From: Chiloscyllium plagiosum
Lineage: Eukaryota
Assembly: GCF_004010195.1 (NCBI RefSeq)
Contig: NC_057718.1
Coordinates: 69,018,607 to 69,057,198 of the forward strand
Direction: 5' to 3'
Length of the DNA stretch: 38,592 bases
Every line of letters begins with the position of its first letter. Position 1 is the stretch's first letter. The position numbers and the translations under genes are program-made. The notes beneath the pieces were generated by a model, which saw only the letters and a program-made list of their open reading frames with translations, did no database searches and had not been told where the DNA came from. Positions 23,793 through 36,041 of this stretch are shown in pieces.

Positions 23793-24210
23793 TATTTATC
23801 TGCTTGGAGTAGCACAGACTCCCATTTAGCTCTGCAGCCGATTGATATAGATTTTAATTTTCCCACCTCCAGTAAGCCCACCAGACTATGGAGCATGGTA
23901 GGATAACTGTTCCCATCAAGTTGTTGGGTTCGGACACCTCAACTGCCCAGGTGGCACAATCCAAAGCCTGGGCACATTGATGGAGCCCAGCCACCACAGA
24001 CCCTCTTTTAGCAGAATAATAGAGTACTGGTCTAATTTTATCACATTTTATTGACACACTACTGCTGTAAAATATCCATTTTCACCATCACAGCAGACAT
24101 GAAAAGGTTTTGACCCATCTGGTAGTGCCACTGCTAGGACGGACATCGCAGCCTACTTTAACCTTAGAAAGGTTTCCTCCATCTCTAAACTCCACTCTAT
24201 TCTCTGAAAC

Positions 24211-24764
24211 CAAAAGAGAAGATGCTGGAAAATCTGTAAGGAGAGAAAAAAGCTGACATTTCGAGTCTAACTGACCTTTTGTCAAAGCTAAAAAAAAGGG
24301 AGGTATTTATACTAGGCTGAGAGAAGGCTTTTATCCAGTCTATTCTCTGTCTGACTATTTACCCACTCTTACCGGGGTTTCTCCCGATGCGGTCTCCTCT
24401 ACATTGGGGAGACTGGACGCCTCCTAGCAGAGCGCTTTAGGGAACATCTCCGAGACACCCGCACCAATCAACCAAATCGCCCCGTGGCTCAACATTTCAA
24501 CTCCCCCTCCCACTCTGCCGAGGATATGGAGGTGCTGGGCCTCCTCCACCCCCGCTCCCTCACCACCAGACGCCTGGAGGAAGAACGCCTCATCTTCCGC
24601 CGCGGAACACTTCAACCCCAGGGCATCAATATGGATTTCAACAGATGGCTTTTGCCCGAAACGTCGATTTTGCCTGTCCTCGGATGCTGCCTGAATTGCT
24701 GTGCTCTTCCAGCACCACTGATCCAGAATCAGGTTTCCAGCATCTGCAGTCATTGTTTTTACCT
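24211..24764 (+). mobile_element. Penelope-like retroelement 3' fragment: inverted pLTR + GIY-YIG endonuclease + pLTR
   Basis: 24382-24642 translates SRCGLLYIGETGRLLAERFREHLRD...VAQHFNSPSHS...RRLEEERLIF..GTLQPQGIN (PLE GIY-YIG), followed by gcccgaaacgtcg and the pLTR. An inverted pLTR lies at 24211-24290. Confidence 0.9.
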
Positions 24765-25299
24765 TTGTAATGATTCTGCCAATTCTGAGTATTTTCCCAC
24801 AAAGTTCCTACAGTAATTAAGCAATCCTAAAGATTGCCTTACTCCCCTCACGATGTGATGATGGGTAGTTTTAAAATCATCGTCTTTCATTCCATTGGGA
24901 TTGTCTTCTTTCCTGATTTGACATCCGAGAAATGTCACTTCTTGCTTTCCTGATTGCAGTTTTCATGGATGAATTTTAAGCCCATTTAACTGATGCAAAT
25001 CAGCACTTGTTTAATATCCAATTATGTTGTTTTTTGTCAACTGAGATGATTAGAAGATTGTCTACATACTGCAAGCTGTTCTCTCAGTTTCAGTAAGATT
25101 GATTTGACTAACTAGCTCAGCCATACATTTGTGAAATATGGCAGGACTATTGTGGAATCCCTGAGATAACCAGGTCCATGTATATTATTTCCCCCAACAG
25201 TAAAAGTGAGCTTATTCTGTGACTTTGGATTTACTGGAATGGACCAGAATCTCCTGTGCCGAGAGCTGAAATACAGGCACCTGTGTCGTGATGCTTGGT

Positions 25300-26600
25300 A
25301 AGGGTGAATATAAGTCTGACATTACAGGTACAGTTGCTGGTGTCCCTTCCTGAGGGATTTGATTCCAGGGTGCTTGGACACTTGGTTCCTTTCCTTCTGC
25401 CCCTCCCTTTTGACCAGCAACCTTTCTTTGAATGGCCTTCCCTGCTGCACTTCAAACACTTATCTCCTCCTCTTGATTTACATTCTCTGGTAAAGTGTCT
25501 CTTCCTGCTGCATTCATAACACACACGATACAGCTTTCCTCACTAGGTTGCGGCCTCCCTGGTTGTGTTGTTCTGTGTTTCTGACTCTGCCTTGGCCCTC
25601 ATAGCTCAATTCAGGATCTAGTTATTATTATTTCCTGCTAGGAGGCCCATTTTTATAATCTTCGTTAAGTGGGGTCTCATCCCATCTTTTATTACTTTTA
25701 GAAATGTCTCAGAATATCTCATCATCCCTATTGGGGTTGGGCAGCTCCCACAATTTTTATATCTTCAAGCTTTCTCTCAATCTTCTCTTTCAACCAATTG
25801 TTATTATGGTCACCTTAATCCACTTAGAGGTGCCCCTACCTAATTCATCTGTACAGACAGCCATAAACATCTGCATCCACTGTCCGAGTGTTATTTCTTA
25901 TGTTTGGAATGGGATTACCTTGATAGGTGCTGGCAGCTTCTGCCATACACTCTTGGGTATTTTAATCTTAGTGAGAAGGTGTATGCTGTCATCGGTAAGG
26001 CTATGACTCTCCACCAGCTCATCTAATTTCTCCCAGTAGGGGCCATTATTGTCATTTCTTTTTAGTGTGGGTAGCCCATTTATTAATCTTTGCCTTTCGG
26101 CAGGACTAAATGACTCTAGTGTAGTTTTTACATTCTGTTTCTTTTGGTTCCAGCCCTCCCTCCGTGTTTTAGCAAAGATTCATAACAGTGCCGTAGACAT
26201 GTTTTTTCTGAGTTATTGAGTGATGGGTCATCGCATCTATTATTGTCTCTATATCCATATGTGTTCACTTTGACCTCTAACCCATTCCCATCAACGTCAT
26301 TGTACTTGCCGTCCTTTTGGTAGAGCGGAGCTGCCGGTACCTCCCCGGCTGCCATCAGCCTTTTGACTTTAAAATCTCATGTCTGAGAGATGCTACCCTT
26401 GCTTGTTCCCATTTCTCAATGGACATATTCATAATTACAACCACCTTCTCATATTTATATTTTTCTTGGCCCTTCCACCGAGATCTTTGCTCTGGTATTG
26501 GAGTGTCTGGGTCATGATCAGGTTCCCATTGTGATCCAATATACTTTTTGCCAATGACCTCTCTGGGCTCCACATTAATTGTCTTTGTTTTTAGACATGA
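25300..26600 (-). pseudogene. gag: ERV gag remnant
   Basis: Two CX2CX4HX4C knuckles (CYECSRKRHFTREC, CLKCSREGHSKKGC; 25417-25521), a capsid-like segment FSPAERQRLINGLP...YWEKLDELVESHSL (~25930-26120) and a late-domain-like PAAPLY. Confidence 0.8.
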
Positions 26601-26856
26601 TCACTTCCAGTCCTTTCCAACCACCATGGCCTTATGCCTATATGTCACACCACCCACGTGTTCTACTTTGTGCTTCAAGCCCTCCCAATGTGGACCTGCC
26701 TCAGGCCAATTGCATTTCCGCTAAATACAGCACAACCTCCTTCTCAGTTGTTTTGGTACTGCAACTTACAGCTGAAACTATCGATTTTCTCCTATACCTA
26801 AATGGTGGTAATGTTAAACATACTCACCCATTTGGGCCCACATAGTCAGTAATGGA

Positions 26857-26874
26857 CCGATGCTTGCAGCACCA
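26857..26874 (-). promoter_or_regulatory. ERV primer-binding site (degenerate)
   Basis: Minus strand TGGTGCTGCAAGCATCGG begins 2 nt after the LTR end. TGGTGC is compatible with tRNA-His, Phe or Met 3' ends, so the primer is not resolvable. A splice-donor-like GGTGAGTA follows at 26821-26828. Confidence 0.6.
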
Positions 26875-26876
26875 AT

Positions 26877-28253
26877 TGCTGAGGAGGGATGTCAAAGAAG
26901 AGTTTGAGTCCTGTGTTCAGTAGCATAAATCGATCTTTATTCAGACCTCCTTTACCACACGTATGGGAAAGGCCAGAGATTGCTTCAAATCTGACTTTCA
27001 TTTGGGGTCCAGTTGCCCTCTTAATTTCAGTTCAGATATGAGGAGAGGTTAGTGACATTCTAAATTTCCCAATATTTATACATTTATAGAATATTTATAC
27101 ATTCCACGTTACAATAATTTTATACAAAACTGATGTCATTGTTAAATCCTCCTAATTTATACATCCAATCCTGTAAACACACCCAATCAATGATTGTTAC
27201 CCCTATGGACAACCCTAGGTTCACCCATGTTCTTATGACGTTCATCATATAGTTTTATTACTCGTTGCTGGGATTTTATTAATCTATATACCAATCCTTG
27301 CAGTTATGACAGGAAAAACAAAAAGATGCTAATTCCTACTAATTGCTATAAAATTCATGACGTCAGTTGTAATATAAAGTTATATTTAAAGCGATATGGT
27401 TACACACAACATTGGAACTCTTTAGCCAACAAATTATGAACAGCTTTTCACTCATCTGTCCTTGGAATGTCAAACAAACACTGCTCTTCTATCTTGTAGC
27501 TGCAGTTATAACTCCTTGTATTCACATGCAATCTATAAGTGTGTTTTAACAGGGGATTGCTTCGAAAATGAAATTTACTGTCCGTTCTCTAAATATTTCT
27601 ACCCGATTTTACTTAATAAGACAACCTCTATTCAAATGCCATTAATCCAACTGATTACTTTCCCAGTTCAAGAATCTTGTCTGAATTCCTAAGCTTTTAC
27701 AAGATATCGCTGTCCTTGCCCATCGCCCACACCCACCTTGATCTTTGGAGGTAAGAATTCATTTGAGCTGTTTCCATCATTATGCAGGTTTGCTGATTCC
27801 GGCTTGGAAACTGTCGTTGTTTATTTTCTCAAATTCAAGCTGGTGCCCTTGAGAGGTTATCTGCTGATCAATTTATCATTCAATCTCCCTTGCCATTGAG
27901 TTGGGGGCTCCTCTTCACTATCTATCGACCTTTGTTTTAAAGAAATTCAATCAAATCTCTTAATGTGGATTGCAATTCTTAATTTCTCAATGTTCAATTA
28001 CCTAAAGAGTCTCAGTTATTGTGGGATCATACATTTCCTGCCTGTATTTTAATTTGTAAGATTCTTTGTTTTATCTTTTACCTTGAATTTATCTTATTCT
28101 CAAAGCTTGTCCGAACTTATGATCTCACTCTGATGCTGAACTGAACAAGTTATTTCTGTTAATGCAAGTAGAAGTCTTCTCTGCCATCTTTATGCCAAGT
28201 AAGAATCCATAGGCAGTCATTTTGTGCTATCTCTGGCCATGGGTTACCCAACA
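26877..28253 (-). repeat. ERV 5' LTR (~1.38 kb)
   Basis: Plus-strand ends tgctg...cccaaca (TG...CA). Minus-strand AATAAA at 26936-26941. Lacks a ~70-bp block present in the other LTR (~18815-18890). Confidence 0.9.
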
Positions 28254-29349
28254 CACCTTTTCCATTTTAATAACATACTTCCTATAGCAGGGTGACCAGA
28301 ATTGCTCACAGTACTTCAAATACAGCCTCACCAATGTGCTTCTTCTCAGCTCAACTTCTACCTGTTTCTGTGCTGCATTAATGAATCCCCTGCTTCAGGT
28401 AGATGACAAATTTAATTTATGACAGAAGTGCTTGTGAATCAGTGTGCGTACAGTCAAGAAAACCTTCCTTCAGATGGAACCTGCAAACTCCTGTAATGGC
28501 AATGGGATTTTAAAATATTTTCCCATAGGATGTGGCCAGTATTTAAGGTCCATTCCTAGTTGTCCTTGAGAAGGTGGTGGTGAGCTGCCTTTTTGAGTCG
28601 CAGCAATTCATGTGCTGTAGATAGACCCCCACGATGCTATTAGGAAGGGAGTTTCAGGATTCTGATCCTTCAACACTGAAGGAGCAGCAATTTCCTAGTC
28701 AGGATGGTGAGTGGCTTGGAAGGGAGCTTTTAGGTGGTGGTATTCCCACTTATCTGCTACTTTTCTCCTTGAAGTTGGTAGTAGTCATGGTTTTGGAAGG
28801 TGCTATCTATGGAGCCTTGGTGGATTGAGATAAATCTAACTCTTTGCACACAAAGCTTTGGTGACCTCTCTTGTACAAACTGAAAGTTGCATACATCTCC
28901 AGGAATGGCCTAAAAGATGTGTAAAATCATATAGTTATGGTGAGCTGGATAACCCCTGCAATGCATTCCATGTCATGCACTGATGTTGAAGTTGTGGCTG
29001 CAGCAGTTGTCATCCATTTAGTGAAATATTTGATCATTGATCACGCTGAAGTTTGGGAAGAATTGCTTCCTATTTCCCTTCCTCTTGCTGAGAGACCCTT
29101 CTCTCCCTTCTCCTACTCTCTTTTGCCTCGGCTTATTTTCCCATTTATGCTCACTTTCACTTATTATTTTAAATTTTAAACAATTTTAGAAAGCACCAAC
29201 CAACAATAACTTCTAATTATATGGCATCTTTAATGTGATAAACTGTTCAAATGTGCTTCATGGAGTGTTGTGTAGCTGAAGCGATGTTCGAAATAGGAGA
29301 GGATAAGGCCACTGAGAGATTTGAATAACAAAAGCCAGGGACCAATGTA

Positions 29350-30525
29350 GGTGAACAAGCAAAAGGGTGATTGGAAAGTTGAAACTCATAGTATTGGAGG
29401 TAATGTATTGATATGGATAAAAGAAAACTGGTTGGCAGACAAAGCAGAGAGTTGGAATAAACAGGTCCTTTTCACAGTGGCAGGCAGTGACGAGTGGCGG
29501 GCTGCAAGGTTCATTGCTGTTGTTCACAATATACATTAACGATTTGGATGATAGAATCAAATGCCATATCTCCAAATCTGCAGACGACACTGAGCTGGAT
29601 GGCAGTGTGTGCTGTGAGGAGGATGCTAAGAGGCTGCAGGGTGACGTGGACAAACTGGCTGAGTGGGCAAATACTTGATAACCTCACATTTATCTACATT
29701 ATATTGTATTTATCAACTTTGGTCACAAAAACAGGGAGCCAGATTATTATCTGAATGTGTCAGTTTAGGAAAAGGTTGGGTGCAATGAGACCTGGGTGTT
29801 ATGGTGGAACAGTCGCAGAAGGTTGGCATAAAGGTGCAGCAGCCAGAGAGAAAAACTAAAGGCATTGTCTCCTTCATAGTGAGAGGATTTGAGTGTCGGA
29901 GTAAAGGTGTCTTGCTGCAGTTATACAGGCTATAACTGTACAGAATCATGGTAAGGCCACACCTTGAGTATTGTGTGTAGTTTTAGTCTCCTAGTCTGAG
30001 GAAGGACATTCTTGCTATTGAGGGAGTCCAATGAAGGTTCACCAGACTGACTCCTGGGATGGCAGGACTGGCATATGAGAAAAGAATGGATCAACTGGAC
30101 GAGTATTTGTTGGACTTTAGAAGAATGCGGGGCATTTTACGGAAACGTATAAATTCCTGATGGGACTGGACAGTCTAGAGGCGGGAAGAATGTTCTCAAT
30201 GTTGGGGAGTTGCAGAACAAGACATCACAGTCTAAGAATAGGGGATAAGCCATTCAGGACTGAGATGAGGAAAACTTCTTTCGTTAAGACAGTTGTGAAC
30301 CTGTGGAATTCCCTCCCACAGAAAGTTGTTGGGGCAAGTTCATTAGATGTATTCAAGAAGGAACTGGATGTGGCCCTTGTGGTTAAAGGGATCAAGGGGT
30401 ATGGGGAGAGTACAGGAATGGGGTACTGAGAATGCATGATTAGCCATGATTGTGTTGTATGGTGGTGCAGGCTCAAAAGGCCGAATGACCTACTTCTGCA
30501 CCTACTTTCTATGTTTCTATGTTTT
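29350..30525 (+). mobile_element. CR1 RT/3' fragment (different subfamily)
   Basis: LFTIYINDLD..ISKSADDT.L, VVNLWNSLP and tail (ttctatgt)n. Confidence 0.9.
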
Positions 30526-30630
30526 TATACATTATGGTCAGAGGCATCAGAATCATGGAGAGTAGAGTGTATATATGTGTTAGAATAGCCAAGTCTATCG
30601 ATATCCAAGACGCAGGTGAAGATCTCAATA

Positions 30631-30784
30631 CAGAGGAACCTTGATTAGGCCACAGGCAGGAAGGATTTCATTCATTTAAGCGAATGCCAGATAACATAAT
30701 TTAGTCATGCATCAAAACCTTGAGATTTTGTTCAGATAATCCAAAATTCAGATAATCGAATGTCAGATAATCAAAGTTCCTCTG
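30631..30784. mobile_element. Tc1/mariner-pogo (Tigger-like) MITE
   Basis: TA target duplication (30629-30630, 30785-30786). TIRs cagaggaaccttgatta / taatcaaagttcctctg (1 mismatch). Three subterminal cagataatc repeats. Confidence 0.8.
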
Positions 30785-30984
30785 TATTTGGTAAGCTAAA
30801 GTAGGCATGATGTTGCATTACTAAAAATGCGGTTTGAATGTTGGCACAGAAATGTGCCAGAAGCTCAAGTCAGGTTTAAGGTCTCAACAATCTGCATTAA
30901 ACTTAGAGAGTTTCCAAGGATAGAGATGGAGTCACTGGCCTGTAGACTGTGGTTTTGATATTTCCAATATTTAATTGAATAAAA

Positions 30985-31290
30985 TGTGACCAATTGCAAC
31001 TGGAGAGGTTGAGTGAGCTGTTGGTGACATAGAGCTAGGTGCTGTCAGTGTACATGTGAAAATTGAGGGAATATTTTCACATGATGTTGCTAAGAGCAGC
31101 AGGTAGATGAGAAACAGGGAACTCAAAAGATATGTCCTTGGGGGAACAGCAGAGGTAGCACTGCAGAAGCAGGAGGAGAAACCATTGCATGTAACTTTGG
31201 ATACAATTAGATGGATAAGAATGAAATGAGGAGAGCGTGGTTTTACCAAGCTGGACAATGATGAAGAAGCATTGGAAGAGGATTGTGTGA
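30985..31290 (-). mobile_element. Old L2-clade LINE RT fragment
   Basis: Minus translation includes P.G....LFLIYLL.L.NIM...NFHMYTDST*LY (degenerate YADDTQLY). Confidence 0.65.
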
Positions 31291-31740
31291 TAAACTATAG
31301 AACAATACAATCACAGACTTGCTGCAACAGTTAGAAAGAAACGAGCTAATAACTAAACTGAAAGATGCTATACAGATGGGCCCTGCTTCCCAGGGTTATA
31401 CCATTCATCATTAAAAATATTGAATTATTTTAGTTAAATATGACCATTTAACATATTTCAACAAATTTCAGCAAGCATGCATTTAACAATTTCATGCTGG
31501 GTTTCCTTAAGAAACCTGCACTTATTCCCGTGACTATTAATTTTGTCCTGAATTACCATTTTTTAAAAACTTTCTCACCATGATTGCTGAGCTTATACTT
31601 TTGAGCAAATGTGTATAATTTGCAATTGTCCAGTCCTGTAACACTATCCCAATATCTGGGGAGAATTAGAAGATTATAACTAGTGCCTCCATGATTTCCT
31701 TTCATACTTCACACAGTATCTTCAACTGCATCGTGTATTA

Positions 31741-32015
31741 GGGCGGCACAGTGGCTTAGTTGTTAGCACTGCTGCCTCACAGCGCCAGGATCCCAGGTCC
31801 GATTCCCAGTCTCGGGTGACTGTGTGGAGTTTGCACATTCTCCCCGGGACTGAATGGGTTTCCTCCGGGTACTCTGGTTTCCTCCCACATTCCAAAGATG
31901 TGCAGGTTAGGTGAATTGGCCGTGCTAAATTATCCATAGTTGTTAGGAGCATTAGTCAGAAGGTTGGTGTGGACTTGTGCCGAAGGGCCTGTTTCCACTC
32001 TGTAGGGAATCTAAT
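31741..32015 (+). mobile_element. HE1-type V-SINE
   Basis: gggcggcacagtggcttagttgttagcactgctgcctcacagcgccagg head with A and B boxes, V-domain, and CR1-like tail ccgaagggcctgtttccac. Confidence 0.9.
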
Positions 32016-32107
32016 TTAATCGTGTATGATCCTGATGGCATGTCAACTTTAAGTATTGCTGATACCTCCGCTGCTATCATTGTTTAGGCCATGCAGTGTC
32101 TTAACTA

Positions 32108-32420
32108 GGGAGGTGATGGTATTATCACTAACCTATTAATTCAGAGACTGAGGTAATGTTCTAGGAGCAAGTTTTGAATCCCATCATGGTGTATGGTGGA
32201 ATTTTAATTCAATAAAAATGTGGAATTAAGGGTCTCATGATGACTATAAAATGAATCTGGTTCACAAATTTTCTTTAGGGAGAGAAACTACTGTCCCTAC
32301 CTAGTCTGGACTACATGTGACTCCAGACTGACAGCAATATGGTTGACTCTTAACTGGCTTCTGGGCAATTAAGAATGAGCAATAAATATTGGCCTAGCCA
32401 GTGACATTCACGCCCCAAAT
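32108..32420 (+). mobile_element. tRNA-derived SINE (non-HE1 family)
   Basis: gggaggtgatgg...ttttgaatcccatcatgg head. Body and tail are unlike HE1. Confidence 0.55.
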
Positions 32421-33809
32421 AAAAAAGAACTGTATTTCTCTTCATTGATTTCTGCAGAATCATCTTTGCAGGTAAAGGCAAATGCAAAGTTACTGGACAC
32501 ACTGCTTCAAAATGTGAATTTCATAATTGGGTCTTACCAGTCATCCATTCTTTTATTACTCATTATTGATATACTGACTTTGGATTCTGTTTCATGTTAG
32601 CTGTTAATCTCTTCTTTTGTCTCTCTTCACCTCTTATTTTCTTTCCACTATCACTTTGAATTTAGAGAGTTCAGTCTATTTGCAATTGGTCATATGTTTG
32701 TCATTTCTGGCATTCTCCAACTATACTTTTATCTTTCAAAAGGAACATTCTTGGAATTACAGGGGCCAGTGCTACGTTCCACAAGCTCCACTAACTCCAC
32801 CAGCTCCACCCTATATGCAGACAGGAGTTAAAGATTTCAGCAAAGCTGACATATTTATGCAGCATACCAGTGCCCCAGGTCATACACACCCTTCTGCGAA
32901 GTGACATGAATACATATTAGTCTGATGGCCCTCTTCTATCCTGAGTATGTAGCAAGAATATAACTTGTGACAGTTCATAGAATCATAAAAGGCCCACAGT
33001 GTGGAAGCAGGCTACCCCTTGATGAGCATCCCACCCAGACCTATCCCTGCAACCCCCCCCAACCTATCCCGAGAGAAATATGTCAACCACAGTTACTGCT
33101 CTTCTGTTTCAGCTAAGTGCAAAAAGCAAGTAAGCTGTTAAGGCAGGAAGTCATAAAAGCAATCACAGAAGTGTGTCAGTGCTAGCATCAAAGTCGCCAT
33201 CTCCAACAAATGTAGGAAATAACAAGCAGCAGAAATGCAGCTTCCACTAATTGATGATTCTAGAACAGCAGTGAATGTATAGTTAGACTGGGCACATATT
33301 GTTTAGAGAAAATCTGGCATAAGTAGGTCCATGTCCATACACCACAGTACTAATGTTGCTAGTTTCGCACGTTGCTTGCTGTGAATTGACATGAGTCTGC
33401 TCATTCTCAATTCAAAGCAGAACTGCAATTGGGAAAAGGAAGAATGGGAGTGGTGCTGAGCCAGTGCAAGAGACAACATTTCCTCTGAAAACACAGCTGC
33501 TGCATATAATTCTCCTTGGTAACAAAGTTCAAAAAAGTTGTTATTTATTTAAAATTTTACAAAACAGAGGTAAAGACTGGTGTTGTTAACAATCTTATAA
33601 ATAGGGCCCGAGGCCATTTGCTCAGCTTGCAAGCCTGATGTAGAAATAGGGAACATCAAAGCTATCCAACAGGATAATGGCTACAGTGATCAGATTTGAA
33701 TCAGTTTGTCGTGTGTCATGCAAGCTCATAAATGGGTTAAAGGCTGATAGTTTTGTACATGAAAAGTGGTTAGTCCACCATAACTTACTCTGGAAAAGCG
33801 AAGTATCAT

Positions 33810-33908
33810 AAAAGAAAGCTGAAATTTCTGGAAAAACTGAGCAGGTCTGGCAGCTTTTGTTGAGAGAAATCAGATTTAATCTTTCGTGTCAAGTGACCCT
33901 CATTCAGT
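33810..33908 (-). mobile_element. Old PLE pLTR fragment
   Basis: ctggaaaaactgagcaggtctggcagc...tttcgtgtcaagtgaccctcattcag (reverse degenerate hammerhead). Confidence 0.6.
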
Positions 33909-35251
33909 ATGTGCCAAACCAACACATGCTTGCAAAATCCATACTTATTGCTAGTTGTGACTAAATGATTAAGCAGTGTTAGCTGAACAATTCTGAGAAT
34001 GCTAAAAGCTTCATGAACAACCAATTTAAGACGATCAGCTAAACTTGTAACCAAACTCGTTTTCACTTGGTAGAAACTATATTCTTATGCTGGGATCCAT
34101 TCCTCACAAAATAAAGAAATATCTTCAAGCCTAGCACCTTGTTTTGAAATATTGAGAGTCTTGGAGAGCCTATAGGTTTTCTGTTCCCTTCTCCATGGCA
34201 ATTTATTCTTTATCAATCAGAATCAACTGGCATTCAATCAGTACCCATTTCTCCTAAAGTATAAATTGTTTTGAGCATTTAAAACTTGTCATCATTCCTG
34301 ATGAGTCCATCAAATACATGGAAAAACCATCACTACCAATCAATGTTTTCCCAGAAGTTTTTTAAACTTCTGATGGTAACTATGCAAAAAATGTGTTTGT
34401 TTTTGAAAATCTAACTTCAGTCAACACGAGGAATAGTCTATCCATGTTTGAGACCTCAAAATCGTTCAACAATTTAAAGACTCACACTGAAATAGGAATC
34501 TCCAAGTCATACTTTTGCAATCTTGCATATTGCCTATTAAATTTCATTGTATGATTTCTGTAAAGTTCTAAATTCATTAAAAGTCTGAACAAGCTTTGTA
34601 TACCTTTAATAGATAATCAATATTCTAAATTTTTTAATAAATTTTAACAGAACTTCCAAATTTTGGAAATGCACTGTCTAAGTTTTGAGCAGTTGGAATG
34701 GTCAGCTTCCACACTGTAGGGATTTTATGAACCTTTAACTCTGAAAATGCATTACATCTGATCTTGCTTCTAGTAGGAATCAATAGTTTTGAGGCATGTA
34801 CACATATCTATTTCATCTTTCCATCAATCCTATCTGGCCTCCACCTATCCACTTCATTGAGCGTACGGTTCAGCTTTACAAAACGCTAGTGGGAAAGCAT
34901 GCCCCAACATTTTACACTTGGTTTCAGCCATTTTGCTCCAAAGTAATTCAAATTACAATCTTTTGGCTGAACAAAACCTTAGTTTCCAACCTTAACCTCT
35001 AGGCAACCATAGCTGTTGCGAAATCTGTTAATGAGACGGAAACAAAGTCACAACTTCATTATGGAGAGAGTTATTGACTTGCTCAATGTTATAGCTCTTA
35101 TCCAACCACCTTAGTTTTCTACCTGCCTGTATACACAACCATCTCTGACACATTGTTCGTGACATACACATTAATTATATATGCAGAAAAACACTTAATA
35201 GCCACACTTTTATTCCTTATTTTAACAATGACATGACAAAATGTTAACAAC

Positions 35252-36041
35252 TGTTATAACATAGGGTAAACTTTCCTGCTTACTGTAAACCAGCAACACA
35301 GGAAAGATTTATCTTGTGCATTAATCTGTGAAAATTCGAAAGGCCAAGAACTATTTAGAGTAAAAATTGACAACTTTATTTCTTAAAGATGAAATAGATA
35401 TGTGTACATGCCTCAAAACTATTGATTCCTACTAGAAGCAAGATCAGATGTAATGCATTTTCAGAGTTAAAGGTTCATGTGGAAGCTGACCATTCGAACT
35501 GCTCACAACAGAGAATAATTAACAACTATTTACAATTCCTCTGTAACCTATCTTTTACCTTCTCCTTCTACAGTACTAGTCCAATAAAACTCCCGTTTGC
35601 AACTTACAAAACAAAACTTATCTCAAAACTAGGCTACTTTCAGTTTTCTCTGTATTCCTGTTGTTTTTTCTTCTTCTTGGGGATTCTGCTTCACAGGTTA
35701 CTGATCGATAAAGGTGCCTTTTAAGAGAACTATTTTTCAGATAATCTTTACATGCTGGTAGCTTGGCAGTTTTCCTCCCAACTGTTTGATTTTCCCCAGT
35801 CTTATACTTCCAAAGCATTGGATTGTGTCTTTGGCTTTTAAGATTGTCAATATACTAAACTCAAACTGGATTGGAGTTTGGTATTTTTCGGGGTTTAATT
35901 TAAACTGGCCTAATTCGAATCTGTTTTGTCATTTCCAAGCAATTAGCTACCCTAGTAGCTGGAGCACATGTTACATTGTATCTTTTTTGAGAACACTTGG
36001 TACTGTCAGGTAGTTTTGCTAGATTTTAACTCACATCTTCA
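35252..36041 (-). repeat. Gmr1-type element 3' LTR
   Basis: TG...CA ends (35252-35253, 36040-36041). Polypurine tract ggagggaggagg on the minus strand at 36044-36055. Minus-strand AATAAA at 35375-35380. Confidence 0.65.

Larger units (their letters stand above)
21176..25275 (-). pseudogene. pol: ERV pol remnant (RT-tether-RNase H-integrase); protease and RT N-terminus deleted
   Basis: RT: FWSIPV, QGFHNSPAIFH, QYVDNLL (25057-25068), LGLLNYCRNFV. Tether: RPVLYYS...KWESVL (23795-24210). RNase H: LFVDGS, SAQVAEL, YTDSRCAFGVVHD. Integrase: HGLAHIG, PYHPQSSGMVE, PGDWVMVK...WKHWSQLK. Confidence 0.9.
17676..28253 (-). mobile_element. Decayed endogenous retrovirus (LTR-gag-pol-env-LTR), internally deleted, with nested CR1 and PLE insertions
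   Basis: Paired LTRs, 5-bp TSD tacct (17671-17675) / cacct (28254-28258), PBS, zinc knuckles, RT, tether, RNase H, integrase and env remnants in retroviral order. Confidence 0.9.

Noticed and set aside
25276..25290. DTGA in minus ORF 25231..25524 as a retroviral protease active site
   Set aside because: It sits immediately before the RT 'YFS.LD...FWSIP' motif and lacks the hydrophobic residues preceding D and the rest of the protease fold. It is most likely a frameshifted RT sequence, and the protease appears deleted.
31741..31810. tRNA gene
   Set aside because: This is a tRNA-derived SINE head with A and B boxes, continuous with the SINE body. There is no full cloverleaf.
33113..33129. 17-nt micro-exon-like sequence (ttctgtttcag...AA|gtaagc)
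   Set aside because: Good-looking splice sites, but no partner exons or recognisable peptide. Such matches arise by chance.
28340..35100. Exons of a neighbouring gene (e.g. SERAC1, adjacent to SYNJ2 in mammals)
   Set aside because: No recognisable peptide found on either strand by manual reading.
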